Notes under the pieces: generated by a model
Databases searched by the model: none
Told to the model about the DNA's origin: nothing
Seen by the model: only the letters and a program-made list of their open reading frames with translations
Assembly: GCF_000485595.1 (NCBI RefSeq)
Contig: NW_014577086.1
Location: 440,046-504,045 of the forward strand
Direction of reading: 5' to 3'
DNA length: 64,000 bases
From: Priapulus caudatus
Taxonomy: Eukaryota
Program-made: the position numbers and the translations under genes
In this document: one piece after another, positions 1-11,966 of the stretch
Layout of the letters: every line of letters begins with the position of its first letter
How positions within the stretch are numbered: the first letter of the stretch is position 1

Positions 1-116
1 TCAACAGAAATTGTTGGCGGGACAGCCGCGGGATGGGGGGGGGGGAGGGGGGCAGCGATTTGATGCGGGTTCGTCGCAGGACAACCACATTTTTTTCCTT
101 ATTGTCGAGCACTGCA

Positions 117-303
117 AGCCTAGCACATACCTGTGATTTTTTCATGCAACTGTAAAAATTGCTGTGAAATCACTACGTCTGCGGGAATGTTCAACTGCAA
201 CCCATAGCGATTCTGGTCGCTTGCGACGAGTTGCAAGAAATCAAACTTGTCTTTCCGCTCCCAATCGCTCCCAAATTGCTATAGAATTGCTTTGAAATCG
301 CAG
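117..303 (+). mobile_element. Degenerate partial copy of the AGCCTAGCGCAGAC MITE family
   Basis: Starts agcctagcacatacctgtgattttt. Contains ggtcgcttgcgacgagttgcaagaaatcaaacttgt and cgctcccaatcgctccc, shared with 35146-35382 and 11641-11927. Confidence 0.65.
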
Positions 304-677
304 TTTTTGAGTTTTTGAAAGTGATTGAGCACTTTTGACAGTCACTGCACTTCAGACAGCAGCTGTTTGTAATTTCGCTCAATAATATTTTGCGTAGACT
401 AGCCATTTCTCACAGAAATAGGTGGTTCTGTCATTACCACTACAAGTAGTTCTACCTATATAGTGATTGCTGTTATACAGCCGAAGTTAGATAGTGGTAT
501 GGAATGTGGGCAGGGTGGGCTGAGTGGCAGTTTAGCATTGAATCGAATAACGAAAATAATATTTTGTGCGTCCCTAAGATTATCCCGACGAAGCTCCGAA
601 ATGACAGTTGTTGCATTCACAGGATTAGAAGCATTGTCTTCTACCTACTGTATTTAACTTTTCCCCTTTGCTCGTAG

Positions 678-920
678 GCCTACCTAAATCAGAAGCGACT
701 AGACACGGAGGCGAAACTGCTGCAGCTGAATGCCAACCAGTTTGCGCACCAGGCGACTCAGTGGCTCAAGCTAATCACGAGTTTCAACCAGGCGCTGAAG
801 GAGCTTGGAGACGTCGAGAACTGGTCGCGCAGCATCGAGACTGACATGCGCACGATCGCAAGCGCTCTTGAATACGTTTACAAGGACGAGTCCGCCGAAC
901 AGCAGCAGCAGCAGCAGTAG
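678..920 (+). CDS. BLOC1S1: Terminal coding exon of BLOC-1 subunit 1 (GCN5L1/BLOS1); upstream exon(s) lie outside the window
   Basis: Acceptor ttcccctttgctcgtag|678, then an open frame AYLNQKRLDTEAKLLQLNANQFAHQATQWLKLITSFNQALKELGDVENWSRSIETDMRTIASALEYVYKDESAEQQQQQQ*. The motif FNQALKE.GDVENW.RSIE.DMRTIA.ALEYVYK is characteristic of BLOC1S1. It is absent from the ORF track because it has no ATG. Confidence 0.93.
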   Translation, partial: AYLNQKRLDTEAKLLQLNANQFAHQATQWLKLITSFNQALKELGDVENWSRSIETDMRTIASALEYVYKDESAEQQQQQQ

Positions 921-935
921 CAGCAGCAGTAGCAG
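900..935 (+). repeat. CAG microsatellite with TAG interruptions spanning the BLOC1S1 stop codon
   Basis: (CAG)6 TAG (CAG)3 TAG CAG. Confidence 0.9.
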
Positions 936-1152
936 CACTTGGAGACAGGTAGATAGATACGTGCTGACGCACTGTGCTAGCTACATCGTGTGCGATCTTA
1001 ATTCCTGTAGACATTTTGTGGCTTGCGGCTTTAGTTCTTTGAGAGAGATTGGGTTGAGGCCTGACGGTGGCGGTGGTTAAGGTTCCTCATTGAGTCGAAG
1101 CCTGCGCGAGATATATCGGACGTGATTTCTTGTGTGAACTGAGATCTATGAA

Positions 1153-1158
1153 AATAAA
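1153..1158 (+). promoter_or_regulatory. Candidate polyadenylation signal for BLOC1S1
   Basis: AATAAA ~230 nt downstream of the BLOC1S1 stop; motif only. Confidence 0.35.
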
Positions 1159-1295
1159 GGCGTTTGAGAAATCTCGGCGCTTGGGTAGTCGGTAATTGCA
1201 CGCTTGTTACATAAGGTAACATCTGCCTTCGATAACGGGGACTGAACGTTGCCTGAACGGTCACCTCCCCGTAGTACACCCGGGTTGATCGCAAA

Positions 1296-2831
1296 ATGGA
1301 GGCAAACATGGAGATGAAAATGAATGACCTCAACAACCACGATCACTACCAGAACATGTATCAGTTCCCAAAGTACTTTGTCAGTCCCGACGTCGCCGCC
1401 GCTGCAGCAGCCGCCGCAGCCGCGGCCGGCGTTCGCATGTTTCATCCCCAGGAGAGAGCGGACATGTCGGCCGTGGCGGCGGCCATGTTGGGAGGCGGCC
1501 CGGGCGACGGCGACTATGAGTTGGCGAAGAAGGTGCCCAAGTACGCGCTGCCGAAGCTGGAGGACGGCGGCCGCAAGCCGTCGTGCGAGATGGCGATGAG
1601 CGCTGCCTCCTCGTCGCACATCGACAGCAAGCTAAACATCATCGCTCCCGACGGCGAGGTGACACGAGAGTACATGGGCGCGCGCGCGGCGAACGCGGCG
1701 CGAGGCGCCGCCGCCGGCCAGTGCATGGGGCACCCGGGCGACATGCTCTCGCAGACCGAGATGAATCGGCTCTTCAGGCAGGATATGCCGTACATGCGGC
1801 AGATGGAGGAGGCGAGGCGCCTGCACGCGGAGGCCCACGCCAACAACCAGCGTGCAGAGGGCGCCGGCGGGAGCGGCACGCAGGTGCGGGATGCTCCGTT
1901 GAGCACGCCACCGCACGACAAGGGCGCGATCGAGAAGGCGGCGGAGCCGGCGCGTGCGGGCAACGCGGCGGCGTCCGGCGGCGGCGGCTCGGCCACCGGC
2001 TCGGCCACCGGCTCATTCTACAAGTGTCAGGTCTGCGACGTGGACTTCACGAGGAAGAGTTCACTCGACAAGCACCTCGTCAGCCACCTGAACGTCGGCG
2101 AGAAGCCACACAAGTGCGACCTGTGCGACACGCGCTTCACCCGCATGGACCACCTGAAGCGGCACTTCCGCAACCACACCGGCGAAAAGCCGCACAAGTG
2201 CGAGCACTGCGACATCGCGTTCGCCCGGCAGGACCACCTCAAGAAGCACATCATCACGCACACGGGAGAGAAGCCGTACGCGTGCAACCAGTGCACGCAG
2301 GCGTTCACGCGCTCCGACCACCTGAACAAGCACAAGCGCATACACACGGGCGAGAAGCTGTGGGCCTGCGACATGTGCAGCCTCTCGTTCACGCGCTCCG
2401 ACCACCTCAGCAAGCACAAGCGCACGCACACGGGCGAGAAGATGTGGAGCTGCGACATGTGCAGCCTCGCGTTCACGCGCTCCGACCACCTGAACAAGCA
2501 CAAGCGCACGCACATGCGCGACAAGGAGTGGAAGTGCACGTTCTGCGCGACGACGTTCCCGCAGCTCGAGCATCTCAACGAGCACCTGAAGGTGCACAGC
2601 GACGCCCTCAAGTGGAAGTGCGCCGCCGCCAACGAGGCCGCGGTCGGGCTGAACGCGATCGCCGCCGCCGCGTCGTCCGTCGCGGCCGCCGCCGTGCCGC
2701 CGCCGCCGGTCGTCAACAAGCTGAGGTGCGAGCTGTGCTCGGTCACGTTCAGCCGCCTCGACCATCTCACGAGGCACGTGAAGAACCAGCACCTCGGCGC
2801 GTTCCCAGGAACTGGAGGGATCGGACATTGA
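1296..2831 (+). CDS. Intronless C2H2 (Kruppel-type) zinc-finger protein, 511 aa: 7 tandem fingers plus 1 C-terminal finger, Ala/Gly-rich N-terminus
   Basis: Long GC3-rich ORF with Kozak-like aaaATGG, C-x2-C-x12-H-x3-H repeats and TGEKP-type linkers. Confidence 0.93.
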   Translation: MEANMEMKMNDLNNHDHYQNMYQFPKYFVSPDVAAAAAAAAAAAGVRMFHPQERADMSAVAAAMLGGGPGDGDYELAKKVPKYALPKLEDGGRKPSCEMAMSAASSSHIDSKLNIIAPDGEVTREYMGARAANAARGAAAGQCMGHPGDMLSQTEMNRLFRQDMPYMRQMEEARRLHAEAHANNQRAEGAGGSGTQVRDAPLSTPPHDKGAIEKAAEPARAGNAAASGGGGSATGSATGSFYKCQVCDVDFTRKSSLDKHLVSHLNVGEKPHKCDLCDTRFTRMDHLKRHFRNHTGEKPHKCEHCDIAFARQDHLKKHIITHTGEKPYACNQCTQAFTRSDHLNKHKRIHTGEKLWACDMCSLSFTRSDHLSKHKRTHTGEKMWSCDMCSLAFTRSDHLNKHKRTHMRDKEWKCTFCATTFPQLEHLNEHLKVHSDALKWKCAAANEAAVGLNAIAAAASSVAAAAVPPPPVVNKLRCELCSVTFSRLDHLTRHVKNQHLGAFPGTGGIGH

Positions 2832-4523
2832 TTCGCGCGCGCGGCACCTAGGTGGGGGTGCGTGCACGCGATGGTGTCCATCGATCGCTCGTGCGGAGTG
2901 GCGAGCGAGGCTTATCGACAAGGACCCTGCGCAGATCCTGTTGTCTGGCTAAGAGGAGGCCACGCTAGCGGCATGTGGTCGGGGATTACGGACAGTTATC
3001 GTTGTGACACTCATGAGCCACGGCTCTGTTATCTCTAGATTGTGGAATCCACCACCTGTGTTCTACTCACCCCGGTATAGTTACGTTTCCTGTCGACAGG
3101 TGGCAACACAGTGTCAGGTTTGTTGCGTGTAGTTGGTGGAAGATAGATTGGTTGGTGTTTTAGCTTTGCACTTGTTTGTAGTTTTAATGTCGTTTTTTAT
3201 TATTAACTACTTGCATAAGACGTTTTAATGGTTTTGTAACACTATGGTATTTTATTCATTTTAGGCTTATTGACTGTTTATTTCTGAAGCAAACTATTGC
3301 TTTAACTTGTGCCTTACACATTCCTTGGTTTTAGTGCTTTAGTGCTTAGCATATATATAAGTATATACACATATATATTTGTTTAATAGCGTCCATCATC
3401 AACGTGTTAGTGAGATTGCATCTGGCCTATGTGGATTTGTGTTCCAGGTGAGTAGCGGAGTTTCGTGTGGTGTGCATGCCTTCAAATACCCATGCACTGC
3501 AGTTCTGTAGCATCTCGGAATATTGGCAGAGCAATGGGCCGGCAAACAGAAACTGATGCGTTATCTTGTTGTATTTGATTGTATCCACCATGCTATCAGT
3601 GAAGCGAAACCTAGGAATGAAAATCCGCACGAATTCTAGGTCGACAATCTGTTATACAGTGGTATGATTTAGATGGTGTGTGTGCGTGTGTTAATCAGGG
3701 TTTTAAAGGGGACTTAAATCTACGTAAATGTAATGGCTTGCCGTCTAATACGAGTCGGCCTAATATATTGTTTGATTATGTTTTTCTATAATGTATTTGC
3801 GACATACAACTGGTGGCCAGGTAGTACTATAACTGACTGTGTAAGATATTGTGCGCGCATTATCATGATATAATTTCATTGTGCCTGAGCAGATGACCTA
3901 TGCCTTTGGAGAGATGTAGAGCTGGAATTTCAGTGGAGTGCAGTGAGATATTATTATACGTTATTATTCACACTGTAACATGATCACCTTGGTAAACATT
4001 TTTTTGGTGAACGCCATTTATGACGTATCTGGAACGCATCAAATCAAGTTTAAGGCATAAGGCTTAGGGACTACGAACGTGAATTGCCATAACTCAAATA
4101 AATGTACATAACCGTACGGATTTGTCGAGAGTTGTTTAATCTCAGCACAATTAGCCAATCTCAATGTAATCGCGTTTTTTAAAGTAGTGACATCTCTTAA
4201 CACGCATGCGGTGGCATTGTTACGCATCTCCCTGACGCTGGTCGTGGTTCTAGAATGACACTGTCATTATGTATTAGCATGTCTCTAATATGTCAGTGTG
4301 TCGCGTGTACGCATAAGGCCCACGCTATTGGTTGTGGGATAATGAAGTTTACTTGTTATTATGGCAGTTTACTTGTGGTAGACTCTATGTAATCGACACC
4401 TGTTTTATGTGTTTGAGCACTGTATGCGGAGTACAGCACTGCCAATTGTGCCACAAGAGTGGCTAATCCAACCTTAGCAGCGCCAATACGTATAATTAAA
4501 TATCGAGACGCAAGTAATTCATN

Positions 4524-7500
4524 GGGGCGGAGGTGAATTTCCTGTTCTGTTTCGGTCGGAGCTACGAGGTTTTTGAGTAAATTGAAATAAAGTATAAGAG
4601 GGGGGGAGTGGCGGTAGTGAGAAGGGTGGGGGGAACGTGGGGACGTTTTTGGTCAGGGTGGGGGGGGGTGGGGGCGGATAGAGGTGGGGGATTTAGCTGT
4701 TGGCCAGTCTTATTTCGGTTCTACCTTGCGATGTTTGACGTGCCTACGTACGTAAGATCCGGCGTTGTTGTACTACAACGCACTTTTAAATCTTCTTTTG
4801 CTCCGCAGGTGTATCGTTAGTACAGTTTCGGGGCACTTGCAGGGATCCTTTGGGCAGAACACAGTATGAATGTCTAAGACGGTGTGCATGTAGAAATTAG
4901 ATACAAATAAGGAACATAATATTTGATTGTCGAAATTAAAATGCGTCGAATATTCTGGGGTCGTGTTTTCCATTCATGTTTCGTCGGTACATCGTATCGG
5001 TGTAAGTATCATAACACTAGCGGGCTATGCTTCCGGCGCGATAAAGAGAGCTGTGTCAAGTATAAGGGGGTTAACGGAGACAGCGTAGTAAGGCCGGCGG
5101 CAGCCGTTGTTGCGCGGTGCGCTTGTCGTTGCGTTTTAAACGCGCTAGCGCAGACACTGCGATTTGTGTGCCGCGTGCGCTGGGCAGAGGACCGCAAAGA
5201 TTGGTCGAACGTGTTCACCGTCTCTGCGCAACGACACGCGGCGCGACGCGCGTGGCGGTTGGCGGCTAGAGTGATTTGGCTGCTTAAGGGCGTGTAATAT
5301 GGCGCCAGACCGCGCTGCAGAACGGCGCCGCCTCGCGACTGCGTTGGCACGGATGTTCTATGAAGGCAATCGCTGCGTGAAAAATGCTCGTGAAAATCGA
5401 CCGTGACATCTGCGGGAAGTATGCTTCAAGGCGCTGCAAGCGGCGAGGTGGGAAGCGATGTCTGGGGGGGGGGGTCGCGGAGGGGGGGGGTTGTGCCGAC
5501 GAGTGCGAAAAATCAAACTTGTCTTTACGCGCTCCCATACGCGTCCCCAAATTTGCTAATAGAGGATTGCTTTGAAATCGCAAGGTCGTTTGTGAGTCTT
5601 ATGAAAAGTGATGTGAGCACTTGTTGTGACAGTCTACGCAGGCTTCGCCAGACAGTTCGCAGCTGGTCTTGCTAATTGTCGCGGGCCAGGCGCGCGGGGC
5701 GTCAAGTAATATTTTCGGCGGTAACTAGCTCATGGTGTCTCACAGAAATGAGGCTCGAGTTGGCTACTGTCTGTTCATCTACCTAGCTGGGGAGCAGACA
5801 AGTTAGTTCTAACCTATATAACGTGAATTGCTGTTGAGTAATAGCATGCCGAGAGTTAGAGGTGAGGTGGTGGGATTGAATGGTGGCGGCAGGGTGCCTG
5901 AGTGGCCGGGGCCAGGTTTAAGTCATTGAATCGACAATAAGCGAAAATAAATTTTGTGGCGTTCCTGAAAGATTATCCCCAGAACGAGACGGCTCAGCGA
6001 ATGACAGTTGTTTGGGCGTAATTGTCACGAGATAGAAGAGACATTGTCTTTGCTACCGTAGCGTGGTGATTTAACGCCTTTCGCGCCTTGCTCGTAGCGG
6101 CTGAGCGATAATCGAAAGCGTCTAGAACAGGCGAAACTGTAGGCAGCTGAACTGGGCCAAGCAGTTATAGCGCACCTGAGCGAGGGCGACTCCAGTGGCT
6201 CAAGCTAATCACGGGAGTTTCAACACCAGCCGTGCTAAGGAGCGATTGAGAGACCGCTCGATGGGAAGCCTGGTCGCGGCGAGGCTCGAACTTAGACATG
6301 CGCACCGGGGCTCAGCCAGAGAGCGGAATCGGCAAGCGCTGGAGTGCACTACCGGGTGGTTACAAGGACGAGTGCCCGTCGAACAGTAGCAGCACTCGGA
6401 GACAGGATAGAGATAGATCGTGCTGACGGTCCACTGTGCAGCTACACTCGTGTGCGATCTTAATTCCTGGTAGACGGGGACACGGATGTTTGACTGGTGG
6501 CTGTGCAGCTGTTGAGTTCTTGAGAGGCAGATTGGTTGAGGCCTGACGTGGCCGAGTGGTAAGTTCCGTGGCATTGAGATCGAAGCCTGCGCGGGGAAGT
6601 ATAGTCGGATAGAGGACTGGGATTTCTTGGGCTGGTGAACTGGAGATCTAGTCGAAAAGAAGCGCGCGGTACTTGAAAATCTTCCCTGCGGTGCTTGGGT
6701 TAAAGGTGGTAATTGTGCACCGCGCTTGGTTTTCCTGGTATATTGAGAGTGTGATGAAGGGTACACGATCTTGCCTTCGATAGCAACAGGGGACGTGGGA
6801 AACGTTGCCTGGAACGGTACCTCGCGAGGCCGTAGTTACAGTGCCCGGAGTTTTGACTCGCCAAAAATGGAAGCAAACATGGAGATGAAAAGAATGACCT
6901 CGAAGCACCCCGATGCACGCGACAAACAGGTTGAGTGGAGTCGAGTGCGCCCCCCAGAGCCCAGCATCTCGTCAGTCCGAAGATTTTGACTTTGCCGCCG
7001 CGGGGCTGCAGGCAGGAGGGCGCGTGGCCGAGGCCGCGGCCCGGCGTTGCGCGGATGTTCATGCTCCTCAGAGCCGAGCGACAATAGTCGGCCCGTGGCG
7101 GGCGGCCATGTTGGGAGCGGCCCGGAGCGGGACGTCGACTATGATTGGGGCAAAGAATCGTGCCCGGCAAGTACTGCGATGCTCGAACTGGAGGATGGGG
7201 GCGGCCCGCTAAGCCGTCGGTGGCGAGAGGGGGTGGTGTCGGATGACGCAGCTGCGTCCGTCGAGGTCGGCGCAGGACGGGAGGACAATGACGAGCAGCG
7301 CAGCTAAACAGTCATCGATCGCTCGCCTAGGCAGCGACGGCCGAGGTGACGCGGGAGAGTACATATGGGTCGGCGCTGCGGGAAGGAAAGAGTAGCGAAT
7401 GCGCGGGCGTGAGAGGGGAAGGGATAGGGACCGTGGAGGCGGCGGGGCGCAATACGCGGCGACGGCGCCGCGCCTCGCCCGGCCAGAGTCATGAGCGTTG

Positions 7501-10500
7501 CATTGGACACGGGCGACACCTGACCTCGCGAGCGACCGACGCGACGAGTGAGATCAGGGCTCTTGCAGGCAGGGAATAGTCGCCGTACATCCGCGGCAGA
7601 CTGGAGCGAGGCGAGGGCGCCTGCACAGAGCGGGAGGGCGCTCACGGCCAGCGCAGAACAGCGTGGCCAGAAGGGGCCGGCGAGCGGCAACAGCAGGGAT
7701 GCGGGATCGCTGCTCGTTGAGCCACGCCAATCCGAGAAGGAGCTCCCGGGTGGCCGCCACAAGGTACGACCAATGGCGCGCGGACTCGACGAAAGCGCGC
7801 GGAGCCGGCGCGTACCGGGCAGGGCGCCGGCGCCGGTCCGGTGGCGCTCGGCAGCCGGGCCGCGGCGATCGATTCTAGTGCAAGGGTGGTCAGGGTCTGC
7901 GCGAGAGAGAGCTCACAGAGAGAGAGGAGAGCGAGTTCCACGATCGACAAGCGCACGCTCGGTCAGGCCACCGTATCGGTCGGCGGCAGGAAAGCCACCA
8001 CACAACATACACAGTTGCGAACACGCGGCCTTCATCAACACGCCATGACCACCTGAACGGCACTCGGGGGATCCGCAAACCCACACCGGCGAAAAGCCGC
8101 AGCCCGAGTGGCGGAGTCACTGGCGAGCAGGACCCGGCGATCGCGTTCGCGGCCGGCAGGGACCACCCAAGAAGCACATCATTCACGCACACGGAGAGAA
8201 AAAAACGATACGCGTAGGCAAAGCGCAGTGCCATCGCAAGCATTCGAGCCGCGCAGTCCAGCATGGAGGCGGGTCCCACGAAGGGGTGTCGTCTGACACC
8301 CGAGCTCGGAAGCAGAAGCCAGCAGAGCGCACTAGATAAGGCAACGGGGGCGAGAAGCTGTGGGCACAGCACATGTGCAAAGAGCCGCGGCGAATATTCA
8401 ACCACAGTCGGCGGCCGCGGGTAGGAGGGCGGCGAGGCGACCGCGGGCAAAGGGCGCCTCCGACCGATCCCTCAGCAAGCATAAATCCGCGGTCACGATG
8501 GCGCCTTGAGGAGCTGGCGGGGGGAGAGGGACTCGGCCTTGGAGAAGGGAGGGGCGGCGGGCCATGGGCGAGAAAAAAGGATGTGAGCTTGCCCGAGCAT
8601 GTGCAGCTCGGGTCGGCTTGCAGCCGCCGCTCCGACCAACCTGACCAACCCAAGCGCACGCACGATCGCGCGATCAAGGGAGGTCCGAAGTTGCAGCAGT
8701 CGGCGCGTAGCGACGGTGATGTGCCCGGGGGGGGAGGGGCTCACTCGCGCGGCCTTAACGCGTCACCTGAAGGTGGCTGCGGAACAGCGAGCGCCGCTCA
8801 GGAAGTGAAGTGCAGAACAGCCGAGCGCACCACCACAGAAAAAAACGGAGCCTGTGCGCGCGAGGGACGCCGGAGGCGAGGGAGCTCCGGTGGGGGGGGG
8901 GTGGGGCAGGGGATAGGAGGTTTGGCAGGCAAGACGAGGGCGACCGAACGCTGCGGGGAGGGGGAGAAGGGCAATGGGGGAAACGCGGCGAAGGAAGGGA
9001 TCGGGACGACTACGGCGACGGGCGAAGGCGGCCGACGGCCAGGCTGGAAACCGGATCAGCCGCGCCGGCGCCGGGGGCGGCGTGGTCGTCCGTAATGCGC
9101 CGGGCGCCCGGCTGCGCGCGCCGAGGAAGATACGCCCCGCGCGGCGGGCCGTTCGGTGACAAAAAAACAAAAGCTTGAGGTGCGAAAAGCTGTGCCGGGG
9201 TCACGTGTCAGGGAGTCCGCCTCAGAACCATCTCACAGGCACAACGGTAAAGAACGGCAGACTCGGCGCGTTCGCCAGGCAACTGGAGGATCGACAGTTT
9301 GACTTCGCGCCGGAGTCCAGGGCCACCTAGCGTCGGAGGTGCGTCATGCCAATGCGCTCGTGTCCCATCGATCGATCGCTCGTGCGAGTAGCACGCGAGG
9401 CGTATCGAGCAAGACACCCGGGCTGCGCAGATCCGGGGTTGTCTGGCTAAGAGGAGCGCCACGCTTAGCGCAGTGTCGCGGATATACGAGCAGCACAGTT
9501 ATCGTTGTGACACTCATGAGCCACGGCTCTGTTATCTCTAGATTGTGGAATCCACCACCTGTGTTCTACTCACCCCGGTATAGTTACGTTTCCTGACGAC
9601 AGGTGGCAACACAGTGTCAGGTTTGTTGCGTGTAGTTGGTGGAAGATAGATTGGTTTTAGCTTTGCACTTGTTTGTAGTTTTAATGTCGTTTTTTATTAT
9701 TAACTACTTGCATAAGACGTTTTAATGGTTTTGTAACACTATGGTATTTTATTCATTTTAGGCTTATTGACTGTTTATTTCAGAAGCAAACTATTACTTT
9801 AACTTGTGCCTTACACATTCCTTGGTTTTAGTGCTTTAGTGCTTAGCATATATAAGTATATACACATATATATTTGTTTAATAGCATCCATCATCGGCGT
9901 GTTAGTGAGATTGCATCTGGCCTATGTGGATTTGTGTTCCAGGTGAGTAGCGGAGTTTCGTGTGGTGTGCATGCCTTCAAATACCCATGCACTGCAGTTC
10001 TGTAGCATCTCGGAATATTGGCAGAGCAATGGGCCGCAAACAGATAACATATGCTGTACTTGTTGTATTTGATTGTATCCATCCATGCTATCAGTGAAGC
10101 GAAAACTAGGGGAAAAATCCGCACGAATCAGTCGACATCTGTATACAGTGGTATGATTTAGATGTGTGTGTGTTTAATCAGGTTTTTAAAGGGGATTAGA
10201 TTAGTATGTATTGCTTGCCGTCTAATAGATCGGCTTATTATATTGTTTGTATTATGTTTTCTATAATGTATTTGCACATACTACTGGTGGCAAGGTAGTA
10301 CTATAACTACTGTGTAGATATTGTGCGCGCATTATCATGATAAATTTCATTGCCTGGAGCAGATGACCTATGCCTTTGAAATGTAAGCTGGAATTTCAGT
10401 GAGTGCAGTGAGATATTATTATACGTTATTATTCACCTGTACATGTATCACGCTTGGTAAACATTTTTTTTGCTGAACCCATTTATTGATTACTAGAACC

Positions 10501-10962
10501 ATAGTCAAGTTTAAGCATAGGCTTAGGGGACTACGACGTGAAATTGCTAACTCAAATAAATGTACATAACCGTCGGATTATGTCGGAGAGTTGTTTAATC
10601 TCAGCACAATTGCCAATCTCAATGTAATCGCGTTTTTTAAAGGTAGTGACATCTCTTAACGCATGCGGTGCATTGTTCCATCTTCACTGAACGCTGGTCA
10701 GGTGGTTCTAAATGACACTGTCATTATGTATTAGCATGTCTAATAGTGTCAGTGTGTCCGTGTACTAAGGGCCCACCTATTGGTTGTGGGATATGAGTTT
10801 ACTTGTTTAGGCAGTTTACTTGTGGTAGACTCTGTATCGACACCGTTTTTGTGTTGAGCAACTGTATGCGGGTACAGCACGCCATGATGGTGTCACGAAA
10901 GTGGCTATCAACCTTAGCGTCGCCAATACGTATAATTAATAGTGCGAGACGCAAGTAATTCA
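4524..10962 (+). repeat. Tandem second copy of the BLOC1S1-exon/zinc-finger region, largely in error-rich (raw long-read-like) sequence
   Basis: ~5340-10962 is collinear with ~130-4522 (BLOC1S1 exon ~6096-6388, ZNF ~6867-9302) with dense small insertions, becoming near-identical from ~9500. ~4818-5230 matches 11382-11720. Single N at 4523. Confidence 0.9.
6867..9302 (+). other. Frameshift-riddled copy of the zinc-finger ORF (most likely sequencing error, not a true pseudogene)
   Basis: Starts atggaagcaaacatggagatgaaaagaatgacc (MEANMEMK) and ends ggaggatcgacagtttga; the error pattern is insertion-dominated. Confidence 0.75.
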
Positions 10963-11640
10963 TGCGTGGTGTTCGACGAAACGATATATATACCATTTTC
11001 AGTTTTGAGTAGTTGATAACTAATGTATTGTGCATGACGTGTAGGGTTAGCTGCACAGAAAGGGGATTTTTATAAATTGCTGCCGTGTGCTGGGTGCCAA
11101 AGCTCCGAAAATTCGAGCACGGAATGGAAGCGGGCGGCCAGCTAGAAAGTAAGCGCTGGTTTACATGTTGTTGTGCCACAGCGGGGAAAAAAACAGACAT
11201 AAATTGCGTAATTTCTTTTCGGTCGATACATTTTGGTATTAATATATATATAGATGAAACGTTTTTTGGCATATAATGTAGCTGTGGCAGTTTATTTCGT
11301 CTACTTATATTTACGTGCTAACGGAAAATGCTTCGTGTGTGTATAAAAACCGCATTTTAATTTTTTTCTCGTGTATTTTTCAGTACAGTAGGCACTTGCA
11401 TCCTTGGCGAACACATATGAACTAGACTGTGCATGTAAATTATACAAATAAACAAATATTTGATGTCAAATTAAAATTCGTGAAATATTCGTGTCTGTTT
11501 TCATTCATGTTTTTCGTACATCTACTTGTAGTATCATAACACTAGCTAGCTTCCGGCGATAAAGAACTTCAAATAAGGGTTAACGGAACACGGTATACGG
11601 CGGCCGTTTGCCCTGTCCGTGTTGTTGTGCTAGCTGTTAA

Positions 11641-11927
11641 AGCCTAGCGCAGACCTGCGATTTTTGGTTGCTCGTCGCTGCAACCGCAAGCGATCGGTCG
11701 ATGTGTCACCGCGTGTGCGCACACATTGCGAGTTTGATTTCTTTTTCTGCGAGTTGCAATAAATCAAACTTGTTTGATTTTGAGCGACTAGTCAGTCGCT
11801 CCCAATCTTCCCAAATTGCTTCGAAATCGCATGTGTGCGCACACGCGGTGGGTGACACATCGACCGATCGCTTGCGGTTGCAGGTTGCAGCGACGAGCAA
11901 CCAAAAATAGAAGGTCTGCGCTAGGCT
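11641..11927. mobile_element. MITE with long terminal inverted repeats, probably PIF/Harbinger-type
   Basis: TIR agcctagcgcagacct...aggtctgcgctaggct extending ~85 bp imperfectly, central palindrome aaatcaaacttgtttgattt, flanked by ttaa on both sides. Confidence 0.85.
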
Positions 11928-11966
11928 TTAAAGTGATTCATAGTCACCGTAAATAAAAATAAATTA

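Noticed and set aside
1514..2921. Long alternative-frame and antisense ORFs over the zinc-finger gene (422, 284, 286 aa)
   Set aside because: Shadows of a GC3-rich repetitive coding sequence; no independent protein features.
6195..9600. Many GC-rich ORFs, and the reading of this region as an ancient ZNF pseudogene
   Set aside because: Insertion-dominated divergence that fades to near-identity by ~9500 fits raw long-read error, not neutral decay; the ORFs are chance products.
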